The notes under the pieces: model-generated
What the model saw: only the letters and a program-made list of their open reading frames with translations
Database searches by the model: none
What the model was told of the DNA's origin: nothing
DNA from: Lophium mytilinum
Taxonomy: Eukaryota
NCBI GenBank assembly: GCA_010093605.1
Contig: MU004196.1
Coordinates: forward strand, 270,606 to 334,605
DNA length: 64,000 bases
Direction: 5' to 3'
Position numbers and translations under genes: made by a program
In this document: piece by piece, positions 23,914-35,500 of the stretch
Layout of the letters: each line of letters begins with the position of its first letter
Numbering within the stretch: the stretch's first letter is position 1

Positions 23914-25278
23914 ATGCTTACTCAGAGCCCCTGGTGGTCTCGGGATGAGGGACGGAAGGCCATCGCTGCGATACCCATCATGGCATTCATGCATCCTATG
24001 CTGGAACGCTTGACGAAGGGCAAGGTAAATATCATCAAGTTGATGCCTTTGTACTTTGCTTACAGCGCAATAGCACCATGTATCCCAATCTTCCGAGGGA
24101 TGCTCTCTACTTTCGCGAAAGCGCACGTCACCGTCGCCCTCAATACGTCAGTTCATAAAGGAGTGGTAGAGTGGCTGAGCGCGAACGTTATCAGCAAAGG
24201 CACACGTTATGCCCTGGCTACAACAACCGCAGTCGCTGATGGGTACGGTCTCATTATGAAACCAGCCTCGGGCAAATACACGTTCTGGTTCCGTAAGCGG
24301 TTCTTCACTTGCACGATTGAGACTACCACCGGTGGTAAAGAATCGCAGAAGAATGACGCTATGGTCATCAGCACTTTGGCGTTTTCCACCGACCCTATCG
24401 AGGCATTCCTTCGCCACTGCAAAGATCTCTATGATAAGAACCATGATGATACAGAAATTTGCGTCTACACCTGGAGCGAGAGCAGCGAAGGATCGCACTT
24501 TAGGCCCAATGAGAAGGCCCCACGCTCTTTCGATACCATCTATATGGATGGCGCAGTCAAGGCAGACGTCATTAAAGACGTAGACAAATTCTTCGACGAA
24601 GAGACAAAGGAGTTTTATGGCGAAAACGGGATCCCCTACCGTCGGGGGTACCTCCTCCATGGCCCACCAGGCACAGGTAAGTCTTCATTCTGCTTCGCAT
24701 TGGCCAGCCATCTCAAGAGCGATTTGATGCTCATCAATCTTTCAGCTATGGATGATAGCTCCATCCTAGATGCATTCCAAGGCCTTGGCGGCGGATGCGT
24801 TGTCGTGCTCGAAGACGTTGACAGTGCAGGTATCACCCGCGAAAACGGGAAGAAGGGCAACAGCTCCTCCAAGCTCACTCTTAGCGGACTCCTAAATGCA
24901 ATTGATGGCAACGCAGCGCCCGATGACCGGCTGCTCATCATGACTAGCAATTGCCCCGATGACCTCGATGAGGCCCTTGTCCGACCTGGCCGAATCGATC
25001 GCCAGATCTACCTTGGCCATATCTCGCAGTCCTCAGCAGCAATCATCTTCACGCGCTTGGTCGCTAAGCTTGCGGCTCGTGAGGGCATCATTAAGGAAGA
25101 AGAGGTTGAGCCGCTGGCGCAGCGCTTTGCGGAGCAGATCCCCGAAGACACGGTGACGCCGGCTGAGGTGCAAAACTTCCTGCAGATGCGCCGTGGCGAG
25201 CCATTGCGAGCCATTGATGAGGTCGGTCCATGGGTGGCCGATTTAATTGCAAAGCGGCAGAAGGTTTCTGAGTCGTGA
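23914..25278 (+). CDS. BCS1-like AAA+ ATPase (divergent, intronless paralogue)
   Basis: GIPYRRGYLLHGPPGTGKSS (Walker A), VVVLEDVD (Walker B), LTLSGLLNAIDG, ALVRPGRID and TPAEVQNFL, plus a BCS1_N-like region with FWFRKRFF. Confidence 0.88.
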   Translation: MLTQSPWWSRDEGRKAIAAIPIMAFMHPMLERLTKGKVNIIKLMPLYFAYSAIAPCIPIFRGMLSTFAKAHVTVALNTSVHKGVVEWLSANVISKGTRYALATTTAVADGYGLIMKPASGKYTFWFRKRFFTCTIETTTGGKESQKNDAMVISTLAFSTDPIEAFLRHCKDLYDKNHDDTEICVYTWSESSEGSHFRPNEKAPRSFDTIYMDGAVKADVIKDVDKFFDEETKEFYGENGIPYRRGYLLHGPPGTGKSSFCFALASHLKSDLMLINLSAMDDSSILDAFQGLGGGCVVVLEDVDSAGITRENGKKGNSSSKLTLSGLLNAIDGNAAPDDRLLIMTSNCPDDLDEALVRPGRIDRQIYLGHISQSSAAIIFTRLVAKLAAREGIIKEEEVEPLAQRFAEQIPEDTVTPAEVQNFLQMRRGEPLRAIDEVGPWVADLIAKRQKVSES

Positions 25279-25304
25279 GTTCTGAGCGCTGGATGAAAAG
25301 AGAG

Positions 25305-25440
25305 TTCGCGTTTTGCTTTCGCGTTTTGCTTTCGCGTTTTGCTTTCGCGTTTTGCTAATGCCTGATGGCGCGAAGGTCTAGAAACTGAGACGGCGTTGAG
25401 GCGTTAAGGCGTTATGGCGTTACGGCGTTCGGGCGTTCGG
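25305..25440. repeat. Minisatellites: (TTCGCGTTTTGCT)x4 and (GGCGTTNN)x6
   Basis: A perfect 13-mer occurs four times at 25305-25356. An 8-bp-period GGCGTT runs from about 25392 to 25440, in the 3' flank of the AAA gene. Confidence 0.9.
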
Positions 25441-26856
25441 TTTGAGAGGGCATTGAGTGCTCTCCGGTTCTTATGTGAGTAGTTCTAGCGCAGCGTTGAC
25501 CGCTGCGCCCACAAATCAAGAAAATCTCTAAAACCTTTAGATGTGTATCCGATATGATGATGTGATATTTAATGATGAGACGTTCCTTACATATGTTTCC
25601 GTTCAATTCTCTTTAGATTAAACTGGGGGTCCCTTATTCGTTATGTGCCTTCACGTTGGAATCGACTTCTTGAGACTGCAACGTATCAAAGATGAAGCCT
25701 ACGTGAAAAATTAAGCAGCAGTGTGGAACTTTTTTATGCCCGAGATCCCTGGCCTACTGTCTGCTTGAAGTTGGATGAGCCAGATCTTACCCCAAGCCAG
25801 TGATTTCTGATTGAAGCCTTTGTCACACATGTAGTCGCCGAAATTATTCGCTATTGAGCTGGAATCTCGCAAAGCTACAAGCAGAGTTTGTTGCGCTTCC
25901 GGTGGGTGTTCGGTGTGTAGCTCAAAACGCATTCTTTCTTGCTAACTCGTTCCCGTCCAGAATAACCTGTGTAAGCTTTTGTTTTCACCCAGGTTGTGGC
26001 TGTGTCGGTGTGTTTTCGCCTGTGCTTCATGAAGGATATCGTTCGCCTTATATAGCTACCAATAAGGTGATAGAGGTACAACGTCGTTCGCTTTGAACGC
26101 GATCCGCTAAAGTGTAGGCTGAGTAGGTGCTTGTGACTAGGAACCAGAGGGTGGCGGCCCTGATACCCGACTAGGTAGAGCACTCAAGCCGAATACGCCG
26201 TGGCGAGGCTTATTCTAAATCACACGATATAGAACCTGGCATAGCCATCTAAAAGCGAATGGAGTTTGCAGATCAAAGATGTATCTAACTAAATAAGCTT
26301 GTAGATCGATACCTCAGGTAGAGATGCTCTTGACCACCAATCAGTTCTGGCGGCTAACGCCTTCACTGAAAGGTGGCATTTACACTTCTATGTCTGGGTA
26401 CTGACTTGTCTAAACGTCGAATAACCGCCTTCCTGTCGGCCAGCTCTTCTCTTCTCCGGGCTTTGCATACCGTCAAGTACTACATCGCCTTTGCACCATG
26501 TGGGAGACAGTAAGAAAAGACAGGAGGCGGAATCTCGTTTTCCGCGAGGCCTGAACCTTAAGTATTTCCGTATTCAAGAGTGGCAGGTGTGTCGGGGAGC
26601 AGGCCGAGATCGAAGTTCAGCTGAACGCTATGCCGAGACGCCTGCAGCAAGGTTGAAACGCCATGAACTCCTCATTGGATACGGCATGCAGCGAGTCTGC
26701 CTAGCACCCCGCCTCAAATAAATCGTGCGCTGTCAGAATTCTTTCCGTCTTCTCCGTCTGCTCCGTCTTCTTTCTTCACTCGAGACTGCTGGGTGTTAAT
26801 CCATCCCAAGTATCTTTTCATCAAATGATGGTCAATCTCGTAGCAACGTATTTGCA

Positions 26857-29800
26857 ATGGGAGATCCGTTCTCTATCACCGGAAGCGCCGTCGGCGTCAT
26901 ATCCCTTGGCCTCCAAGTCTGCCAGGGCGTCATAACCTACTACTCAAACTTCCGGGCCTTAGGCGATGATATTGCAACGATTATCCAGAAAACAGAAAGC
27001 CTGAACGGTCTCCTACAGGTCCTGGAAGCACCCCTGAAAAAAGTCGAGTGTGATACCAATCCCATCTCCGCGCAGGTCAGGTTGTCAGTTATTGCATGCG
27101 AGGCTGGTTTAGCCAAGTTAGATCACGCGGTGACAAAGTATGCCAACGACGTACCGGCCACTACAGCGAAAGCGAAGATATGTCTATTCGGCGAAAGAGC
27201 GCTGTATCCGTTCAAAAGGGAGACTTTGAAGGAGTTAAGTGCTACTCTCGAGGGGTTGCACCATCATCTCGATTCTGCGGTGCAAGTTCTGAACTTGTAG
27301 GTATTCTACCCTCTATTGGAACGTCATCTGGCAGCCTGGCTGAAATGCATGGTAGAGACTCCCTAAACCAACAGTCAGATCTCACTCGCTCGATATCAAC
27401 ATCAGTGGCATCACAAAGCAATGCTCTACAAGGACACGTGACCTTCGAAGCTCAATCGATCGCAGGACGTTTAGAGCAACAGATGACTACAAACACTGAT
27501 GTGATCTTGGGACGTCTAGATCAGCAGATGGCCAATGCTCAACTGTTTATGAAACGTGTCGAGCAGCTAGTAAGCATGGAAGTGCCCAGCTGTATACATT
27601 AGACTGAATCACCTCCAGGAATTTACAATTACCTCGAGCCCTGAGAGCCTCGTTCGCAGTCCTTCGTCTCTAAGGGAAGTTTGCAAGGAGCAATACAGCT
27701 TATGTGATGAAGTCAGCCAGTTCAGCAATCTGCGCCTAATATCCCGTAGAATAATCACCCGTCCGAGACCACTTTGTTCTTGTAGGCGACGTCAATACCA
27801 CGCTGAGCAGGCGCGATCGCTATCGTTCATCTCGGTGTTCCAACGTCAAGTCTCGACTCATCATCCTTCTTGCGCACTCTTTGGTTTCAATCTCCGCGAA
27901 AAGTCTATCGGGTCTCGAATCACGTACTGTGGACGATTTCTCGGGCGTATCCTAGAAGCCTCCCTAACTGTCTCCAGAGGACCTGCAGGGTTTTCAGTTA
28001 TTGGGCCTCAGCTAAAGTTCCGTGCTGTCGTGTCCGAAGATCATTCGCCCGCCTTCAAACTCATTCACGGGCTAAATCGCGATCTTAGGTATCGCCAAAG
28101 CGTCAGCGAGGATGATTTACGCAGACTCGGATTGTTGCCATATCAGCTTGTGCAAATGTTTCACGATCGCCGTGCTTCTCCAACAGATGTCACCATAGAG
28201 GGGAAGAGTCTACTTCATGTAATACAGTGGCCCCTGAACATTGCCCCAACAAGGATGATAGAAAGCTAAAGCAAGGGTAATAGATAGCTGCGTCCTTGAT
28301 AGAACCACTTCTAAAGAACAGTGCTCCCATGAGCACTCCAACTATCCTCGAAATGTGTAGAGAGCTCTTCACTACCCTAGCTGGAGCTGGGGTACCCATA
28401 GACCAACATGATGAGTACAGAAAGTTAGTATTTGCAAACATCCTGACCACTGTTTCGCATCCCAAGTTTACTGCGAGTCTGACCAAGTGACATACAAATA
28501 GGACCGCATTAGATTGCCTCGTTTTCCGCCTAAGATATCGTTCATCTATGAACATTCACCCAGATATATGGACAAGCTTCATATCGGCGTTGATCGATTG
28601 CGATCTAGAAATTACAGGATTTGATCCATATTTTGAATTTTCAAAGATGAAGATCTTATATTCCGTCTATCACAGACTACTCATATCGGATAGCTGGAAG
28701 CACGGTAAATTTGTGGCACACCGCCTGCAAGCTCTGGAAACAAACCGCTAAAGTTTACAGCAATTGATCTTCCTCATCTCACTCGAGTTATTTTATCGCG
28801 ATCGGATACAGAGCTCGACAAAATACTACGTCGGACCCCCGCTACTGAATTGGTAGACACGTGGGATATGGGCGGATATTATATACTTGACATTGCAGCA
28901 GATTGGCCGATCGGGATCGCGAAACTATTAGATCATGGTGTCAGTGTTTATGATGTCAGAAGCAAAGACCGACCGACGCCTTTGGACTACGCTTGTGTCT
29001 GCAACTTGGAATCCTGCAAGCTCCTCATCGACGCTGGTATTTGCGTGACTAATTGGAATCTCGATTTGTCTCTCCGTTCAGGGGTTCTGGGTGTGCAATA
29101 TACGATCATTTCTGGTCTAGTAGATCGACGACATCAACTCAAGCAATACGCGAGGAAAGTTTTGCCGTCGGAGCTCCAAGAAAGATATGGTTTGAGTGAT
29201 GACCGGATCCTAGATGCTCAGGCGGTGGACGTCTACGAAGCCATCTGTCATATTGATGGATCAGAACACAGAGCCCTATACCCAGGAGTGCTTAGAGATA
29301 CCGTCTACCACTGCAGGAAATTGACCAAGCCAATGGCCGAGATTTTGTACCAGGCTGGCTTCCGAGACATAGATTGTCGGAATCAAGAGGGAATTTTACC
29401 CGTCCTAAGTGTAATAGGCAGCCCTAGAATTGTTCTCAATATGAGTACACATCTAGAACTTGTCGAATGGCTATGGTCCAAAGGAGTGAACCTACACCAG
29501 GTGGAGGAACCTTCAAATACAACGCCGGCTCTTGCTCTTGTAGACGAACTCAGGTTCTTGGGGCCATGGAGCAGATTCAAAATCAAAGATATTGGCCAAG
29601 CGTTGTTAGCTGAAGTTTTCCTGCCCGACATATCCGACGACTGCGAATGCTACTGTTCTCCTCACGGATGTCGCGCAATATCACGAATTCTCAGAGGTAC
29701 CGAATGGCTGCAGCTTAATCATCCTCAAAGGATGATGATCCTCGGGTCATGGGAACCGTTTCGAGAGCTTGCTCCCTGGTTCGATTCTGCCATCATCAGA

Positions 29801-30118
29801 GCTCTGACTTTTGGAGGACTGGGACTCAGGCACACTTGCCACTCGAACTTCAATATGTTGAGGCCTTGCCGTACACCATCCGAAGAAGAAATCCACGAAA
29901 TCCATGACGAGGAGCACGAAATCATTGAACAGTTGGAAGATCTAGTCATCGAATTCGAAACACAACTCAAACACCACAATGGCATACTCCTAGAGTTCCT
30001 AAAAGGCTACTGGAGCGAAAGAATGCACGAAGTACTGAGTGAGGAGGTGGATTTGGATGAGGCAGAGATACACCGAATCGAGGAGGTCGGCGTTGTTCTG
30101 CATCGATCGAAGGTTTGA
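26857..30118 (+). CDS. Fungal HeLo-like (STAND N-terminal type) domain plus degenerate ankyrin repeats; no NACHT/NB-ARC seen
   Basis: N-terminus MGDPFSITGSAVGVISLGLQVCQG...ALYPFKRETL. Five introns (starting at 27297 and at about 27570, 28219, 28424 and 28704) join in frame. Ankyrin-like GKSLLH, TALD and TPLDYAC..CKLLIDAG; Cys cluster DDCECYCSPHGC; acidic C-terminus after LTFGGLGLRHTC. Confidence 0.75.
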
Positions 30119-30159
30119 ATCTGGGCCATAGGTTTTCATACCACCTCTTTCTCATCCAG

Positions 30160-31715
30160 ATGGAGGTAGAGGACTCCTAACGGTGACAAACCCATGGAAA
30201 AAGCGTATGGAAAGGGCTCATCTCATTTGAAGCGGCTGGAGTATGATATTCAGGTAGCGACTTTCATATTGTACTTAGACGTCCTTCACCATGTTATATA
30301 TGTGCGCAGCCTTAAGGCTTATGGGCTCTGATATGACATCTCCTTGCCCGTGTACCCCTTCATAGTCATGAAGATGGACGCAGAGGCCTCCCAACGGCGG
30401 CGAGAAGATGGAAAATGGAGGTAGAAAGCGTAGATTCAATCTAGAGCGAGCGGAAATAACATCCGTGGGCCGATCATCATGTAACACGTAGACGTCCTTC
30501 ACGAGATCCAATGCATGCGCAGCTTTACGGTCTAGAGAGCTCGATACAAGCTGTTCTATTCTCGCACGACCTCCTGCTTAGGAGGGCGTCTGCGGAGGAC
30601 TTCTGGCATGCGCAAGTGGGACGTGAAAAACACCCATTTGATTTGGAATTTACAGTACATGACATTCATTGCGTAAAAACCCTGAAACCTCTAGACGACC
30701 TCCGCATATTTTTGGATAGGCGCAGCTTCATCGTCGCAAGGGCTAAAGTCAAACGTTGCTATTCTTACATTGCTTCTCGACCACAGCTATACATTAAAAG
30801 GGCTCCTGACACTGGCAAGCATATAGAAAAAGGCTATAGAAAGCACGCATCTAATTCCAGGGCTCTAAACTATAACATCTACATATTTGCCATTTTGAAA
30901 GGTTTAGATGGCCTTCGCGTAATTTTCCAGATCTACACTTTCACGATAAAGAGCGTCTACTTTGAAGTGCATTTATTGTTGTATTCGTTACGCTCTAGAA
31001 GCCATCTCTAGAGGACTCCTAACACTAGCAAGTAGCTAGAAAAACGGCGTAGAAAGCACGCGCCCAGTTCAAGTCGTCTAGAACATGACATCCAAATTGG
31101 CTCTATCTTGAAATGTCCAGGCAGACTTCATGTACTTTTCCAAATGAGCAGTTTCACAACAAAGGGCGTGTAGTCTAAAGTGTCTTTGTTACTGCATTAC
31201 CTCAGGTCCGGAAGACGTCACCGGAGGACTCCTAGCATTGGCAGGTGTATGAAAAAGGGTCGCAGAAAGTACATGTCCAATTCCAGGTATCTGGAACATG
31301 ACATCGACGTAGTCGCCAGTTTGAACTGTTCAGAAGGCCTATACGAGATTTCACGTGCGCGAAAAATCGCCATTGCGAAGGCCTAATTCTGCGCATCCGG
31401 GATATAACATCCATGGGACTATTATTCTGATACCTTTGGGAGGACTTTACAAGATTGCACATATGCGCAATATCGCAGTTACGAGGGTTCAATCTAACGC
31501 CTTCAATATATGACATCCATAGGGTCTCTATCTTAGTACCTCCAGAAGGATTTCACGAGATTGCACTTACGTGCAAAATCACGATGATGGGGACCCAATT
31601 TGACGCATCCAAAAAATGACATCAGCAGAGTGAAAATCACGAAACATCTTGACTGGCATCACGCAATTTTCCACATGCGCAATGTCACAATCAAGTGAGT
31701 TCAATTTGAAGCAGA
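30160..31715 (+). repeat. Non-coding tandem array B: 213-bp dimers followed by 106-bp monomers, same family as array A
   Basis: The T(G/A)ACATC-like anchor occurs at 30244, 30457, 30660, 30873, 31086, 31299, 31405, 31511 and 31617. GAGGACTCCTAAC-like motifs occur at about 30169, 30383, 30798, 31011 and 31224. Confidence 0.88.
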
Positions 31716-31853
31716 GAGTTGGATTGATCAGAAGAGAACCCGAATTCCGAACCATTTTGTATGACCGTTGCCAGCGCGTCAACCCTTGAGGAGCCCCTCA
31801 GGGCATCCAAGCAGTATGCAGAACCACTATCTACAGGCCTAGAACCCCACCCA

Positions 31854-32558
31854 TCAGTTCGCCCACTTGCTAGCCATGAGGCCCGGCACCTTGGCAGTAG
31901 GAGCCTTCGATTCGGCCGGCTTCTCCTTCTTCTTTTCCGGATCTGACGCGACCACGGGGGAAGGAACAGGGGACGGAACCGGGGCAGCAACAGCGCGCGG
32001 AGCAGGCGCAGGAATGGAGGCACGAGGAGCAACGGGAGCAGGAATAGAGGCACCAGGAGTACGCTGCCGTGAAGCGCCCGAAATGACGCGCATTCCCTCC
32101 CCCCAGTCACGCCGACCTCGTTCAGCGGCTCCGAGATGCGGGTAGACGGTCTCATTTCGCGGTGTGCTGGAGGCCATCGGCACCACACGGCCACGGCCAG
32201 AGATCTCCCCACGCGCGGCTCGATTCAGACGGTGCAGTTGTCCGGCGTGCAGCTCGCCCAGGTCGTCGGCATGGTCGTTGACGTCTTCGGTGCCGCGGTG
32301 GAAGTCTGGCCTCAATCAGCATCGTGTGACCCAAAGGGTGTAAATCAGGAAGGGTTGGAACTCACTTTGCCAGTCTGCGGCTGCGCGCTCGAAGCCAGGC
32401 CGGGCACGTCCTGGAATCATGGTAGAGCCTCCGAGACCGCGGTAGAAGGCAGCATCTCGATCGCCGGGGGCTGCGACGGCTTCGTTGTAGCGGGAGGTGC
32501 CGAGGTCGCCCTCGGTGAAGTCGCGAGCGTGGTGGTTGTTGAATCCGTTTGTAGTCAT
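31854..32558 (-). CDS. Uncharacterised ~214-aa disordered Pro/Ala-rich protein ending GLMASKWAN
   Basis: CACCATG at 32558. A 60-nt intron at 32365-32306 (GTGAGT..GCTGAT..CAG) joins ADWQ to NFHRGTED in frame. A TATAAG motif lies at about 32780. Confidence 0.7.
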
Positions 32559-35500
32559 GGTGACGGGACGGATGGTGCTTGTGAGTGGGGTAATAGACAG
32601 TAGGTTCGTAGAAGGCTTGTAGGTGAGCAGCGCTGTGTTGGAGAATGAGGTGGATGTTGTAGGTGGAGGGTGAGCGGGCTGTCTAGAAGAGGGAGGAAGA
32701 TGTTGTAAGAAGGCGGGTGAGCCGTCGGGGGGTAGCGAGGAATCTTCTGGAGGCGGTGAAGTAATGTGAACGCGGGCTTATACAGAGCTGGAAATTCGGC
32801 TCCCGCGTCCTGCTCTGGTGACGAAGTAGTAGACGATTGATACAATGCTGCCGATGATGAGCAACGCGAGTATTATGTACGCGAAGATGAAGAGGGCAGC
32901 CATATGGGAAGACGTCTTTTGAATGATGTGTGCAGTTGTGGTGATGTTGTGGAGGCGAGAGCGAGAAGCAGATGATATATTTGACTGACCGCCCAACCGC
33001 ACGCGAGACCACGGTGCGGGCCGCACCGCCTTCTTGAGCAGCCTCTACACTTGGCTGCCACTGTTTGCGGTGCCCCGAGGCATTTTCGGAATTCTGATCT
33101 GGATACAAGCCCAGCAGATTGAACAGTTGTTATACTCGACAGGCCACACCAGACAGCGGCAGAAGAGTGTACACATATTGGAAGTATGGCGCACCGCTCC
33201 AGGCCTCTATCGGTGCTTTACACGCTTCTGACAGGATGTACGGATATCTAGACCGAGATACTGTACGGTAGCACAAGGGCTGCGCGCTTCAATCCCGAAT
33301 ACATCCACGCTGCTGACAGACCTAGTAGAATCTCTGCGCATCCCAACCTGCAGTGAGCTCTTGAGCACCTCCTCTAGACTTTCAAGCCTTCTTCGAGCCT
33401 CCTCGAGGACAGGGTGCAGCTTCAAGCCCTCCTCGCCTTCCGATCGATGCCCCTCGCGCCACGGCGCCCCGCCGACACGGCGAAGTCGACATGGGACCAC
33501 CAAAAGCAGGGACTAGAGATACTGGCACGATCCAGCTTGCGAAATTGATGGCGGAGCATGGTCATAGAGACGGCATTCGTCCCGCGGGGCAATGCGATGG
33601 CGACAGCGCGCTCCGGCGACAGGACTATGGTTGGCGACTGCTGCGGCGGAGTATATCAGGCATGGCGGCCACCTTTAAGACGGCTATCTTGTAGGGGGTC
33701 GACGGTATACAAACGTGTTTGGAAAGCCAATTTGAGAGCCGAGATGACTTATGGACATAGGTCTCGCAGATCCCCCTAGAAGACCGAGCTGACAAGCGCT
33801 CAAGACCCATCCAAGTAGCCGTCATACTTCAAGCGCTGAAGAACTTGCCCTAAAACAACCCCCACACGCGATGCCGACTTGCAGCATCGGAAAATGGGAC
33901 CACATTGAGGATATTGGGATCCCGGGTTTGGACGCCACCAGCCGGGACGCTTCAAGAATAAACAAAGAGCGGGAGAGTTTGTTCCAGAAGTAAAAAACAT
34001 AAAGAGCAGATTATAAAGAAGAGACAGAGATGTAGAAGCAAAGCAAGCGGAGAAGCGGGCAAATTATGATGCTGAAATGAAAAAGAAAGACGAAAGCCGG
34101 TACCGTTATGGGACGTATGCCCTCTCGTAGCTCCCTGACATCCACTTTGGGCTATCTGACAGCTTTCAGCGACCTATGAGAAATGCCATACTACATGATC
34201 ATCTTACTTTTGGAGGGTTCAGCGTCTCAGTCTCAATCTCTCTAGTCCTCAATCGTCTAGACCATCCTAGGATCCTACAGGATTCTTAGCCTCCTAGCGT
34301 TAATGAGATGGCAAGAGAAGGAATCGCACCGTGGTGATACAAACGGCATGAAGGAGCGGAATGACAGCTTAGTGGAGCTTTGCTATGGCAGGGCCGTTGG
34401 GGTTGATAGCCCCTGATTCTTGGGATGGGACATGGTCACGTGACTCATGTCCAGAGTCCAATCCTCAGGTAAAACACCAAAATGGCCTCTGTGCTTAAAG
34501 AATCCTCAACAAAACGTCCCGGCCAGGCGCATGGAATCTATTCGTGAAACTTAAGACCAAAGGTGTACGTGCACTCCGCTGTGTCAGTCTCGCTCTGTAA
34601 GCATAGCCGCTTTCTCATGCTGCCTCAGATGCTCAGTCATCTCACAAGCTTACTTCCTCCAGGACGCAGAGACCGGAAGAGATCAACGCTACCTTAAAAG
34701 CCTTTTGGCAGAGTCCTCGTTCATGGTGAAGAAGGAGGAAAAGGGATGGCACCTGGGTCGAAATAAAGTTCCCCGCCATTGTCTCGCTTGCCCCTGACTG
34801 GTACCACGGCCCGTTCGCATGCAGAGCCGTGGCACGCTTCGGTAATTGCCATGCAATATATGTGTATTGCGTTCGCCTGGGTTCCGGTGTCGATCTCATC
34901 TCACTCAGCTCCTCATCTACACTCCGTTCCTAAAGACGATCAATCCAGCGTGCTTTCAAAGACAAATAGAATATGGTCCAGGTCTCTAGATGAAAACCGC
35001 CGGATTGATGGACTTCCAGCTAGACCCAGGGACAGAGACATTATTTGTAACCAGCAATACGACATCGGGAGCTGTGGGAAGTCCCCCTGTGAAGACTTGG
35101 TGAGGTCAATCTAGCTCGGTGTATATGCATTCGCAATCCATGGATGTACCAACTCTTCAGGCCATGAAGGTCGCGCCGAAAACCTTTTGTCGGCTGTCTT
35201 CCAATTTGCTTGATAGCTCCGGATCTGAGCCTAGGCTGGAGGTTTCCATGGTCAAACCCTTCCCACCAAGTGGCTAGAAAACTGCATCGCATGGCTAAAT
35301 ATCTGAATTCTTTACGTTGGATGACCTTCCATGATAGTCCGCCTTCTATTGTCCAGGAATGGGACTTGGACTGGTACCTATCCGATATGGGATCTTCTCC
35401 TTTCTTCTCTCCTTTCTATCCTCCATTCGTCAATCGACCCGGACAAACTGTATATCTTTTGAAAATTGTTTTAATGCTCGCTCGGATTGTCTCATTGCAG

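Noticed and set aside
30511..31011. 166-aa ORF in array B
   Set aside because: It lies wholly within the repeat. A 213-bp dimer keeps frame by arithmetic, neighbouring units contain stops, and there is no recognisable domain.
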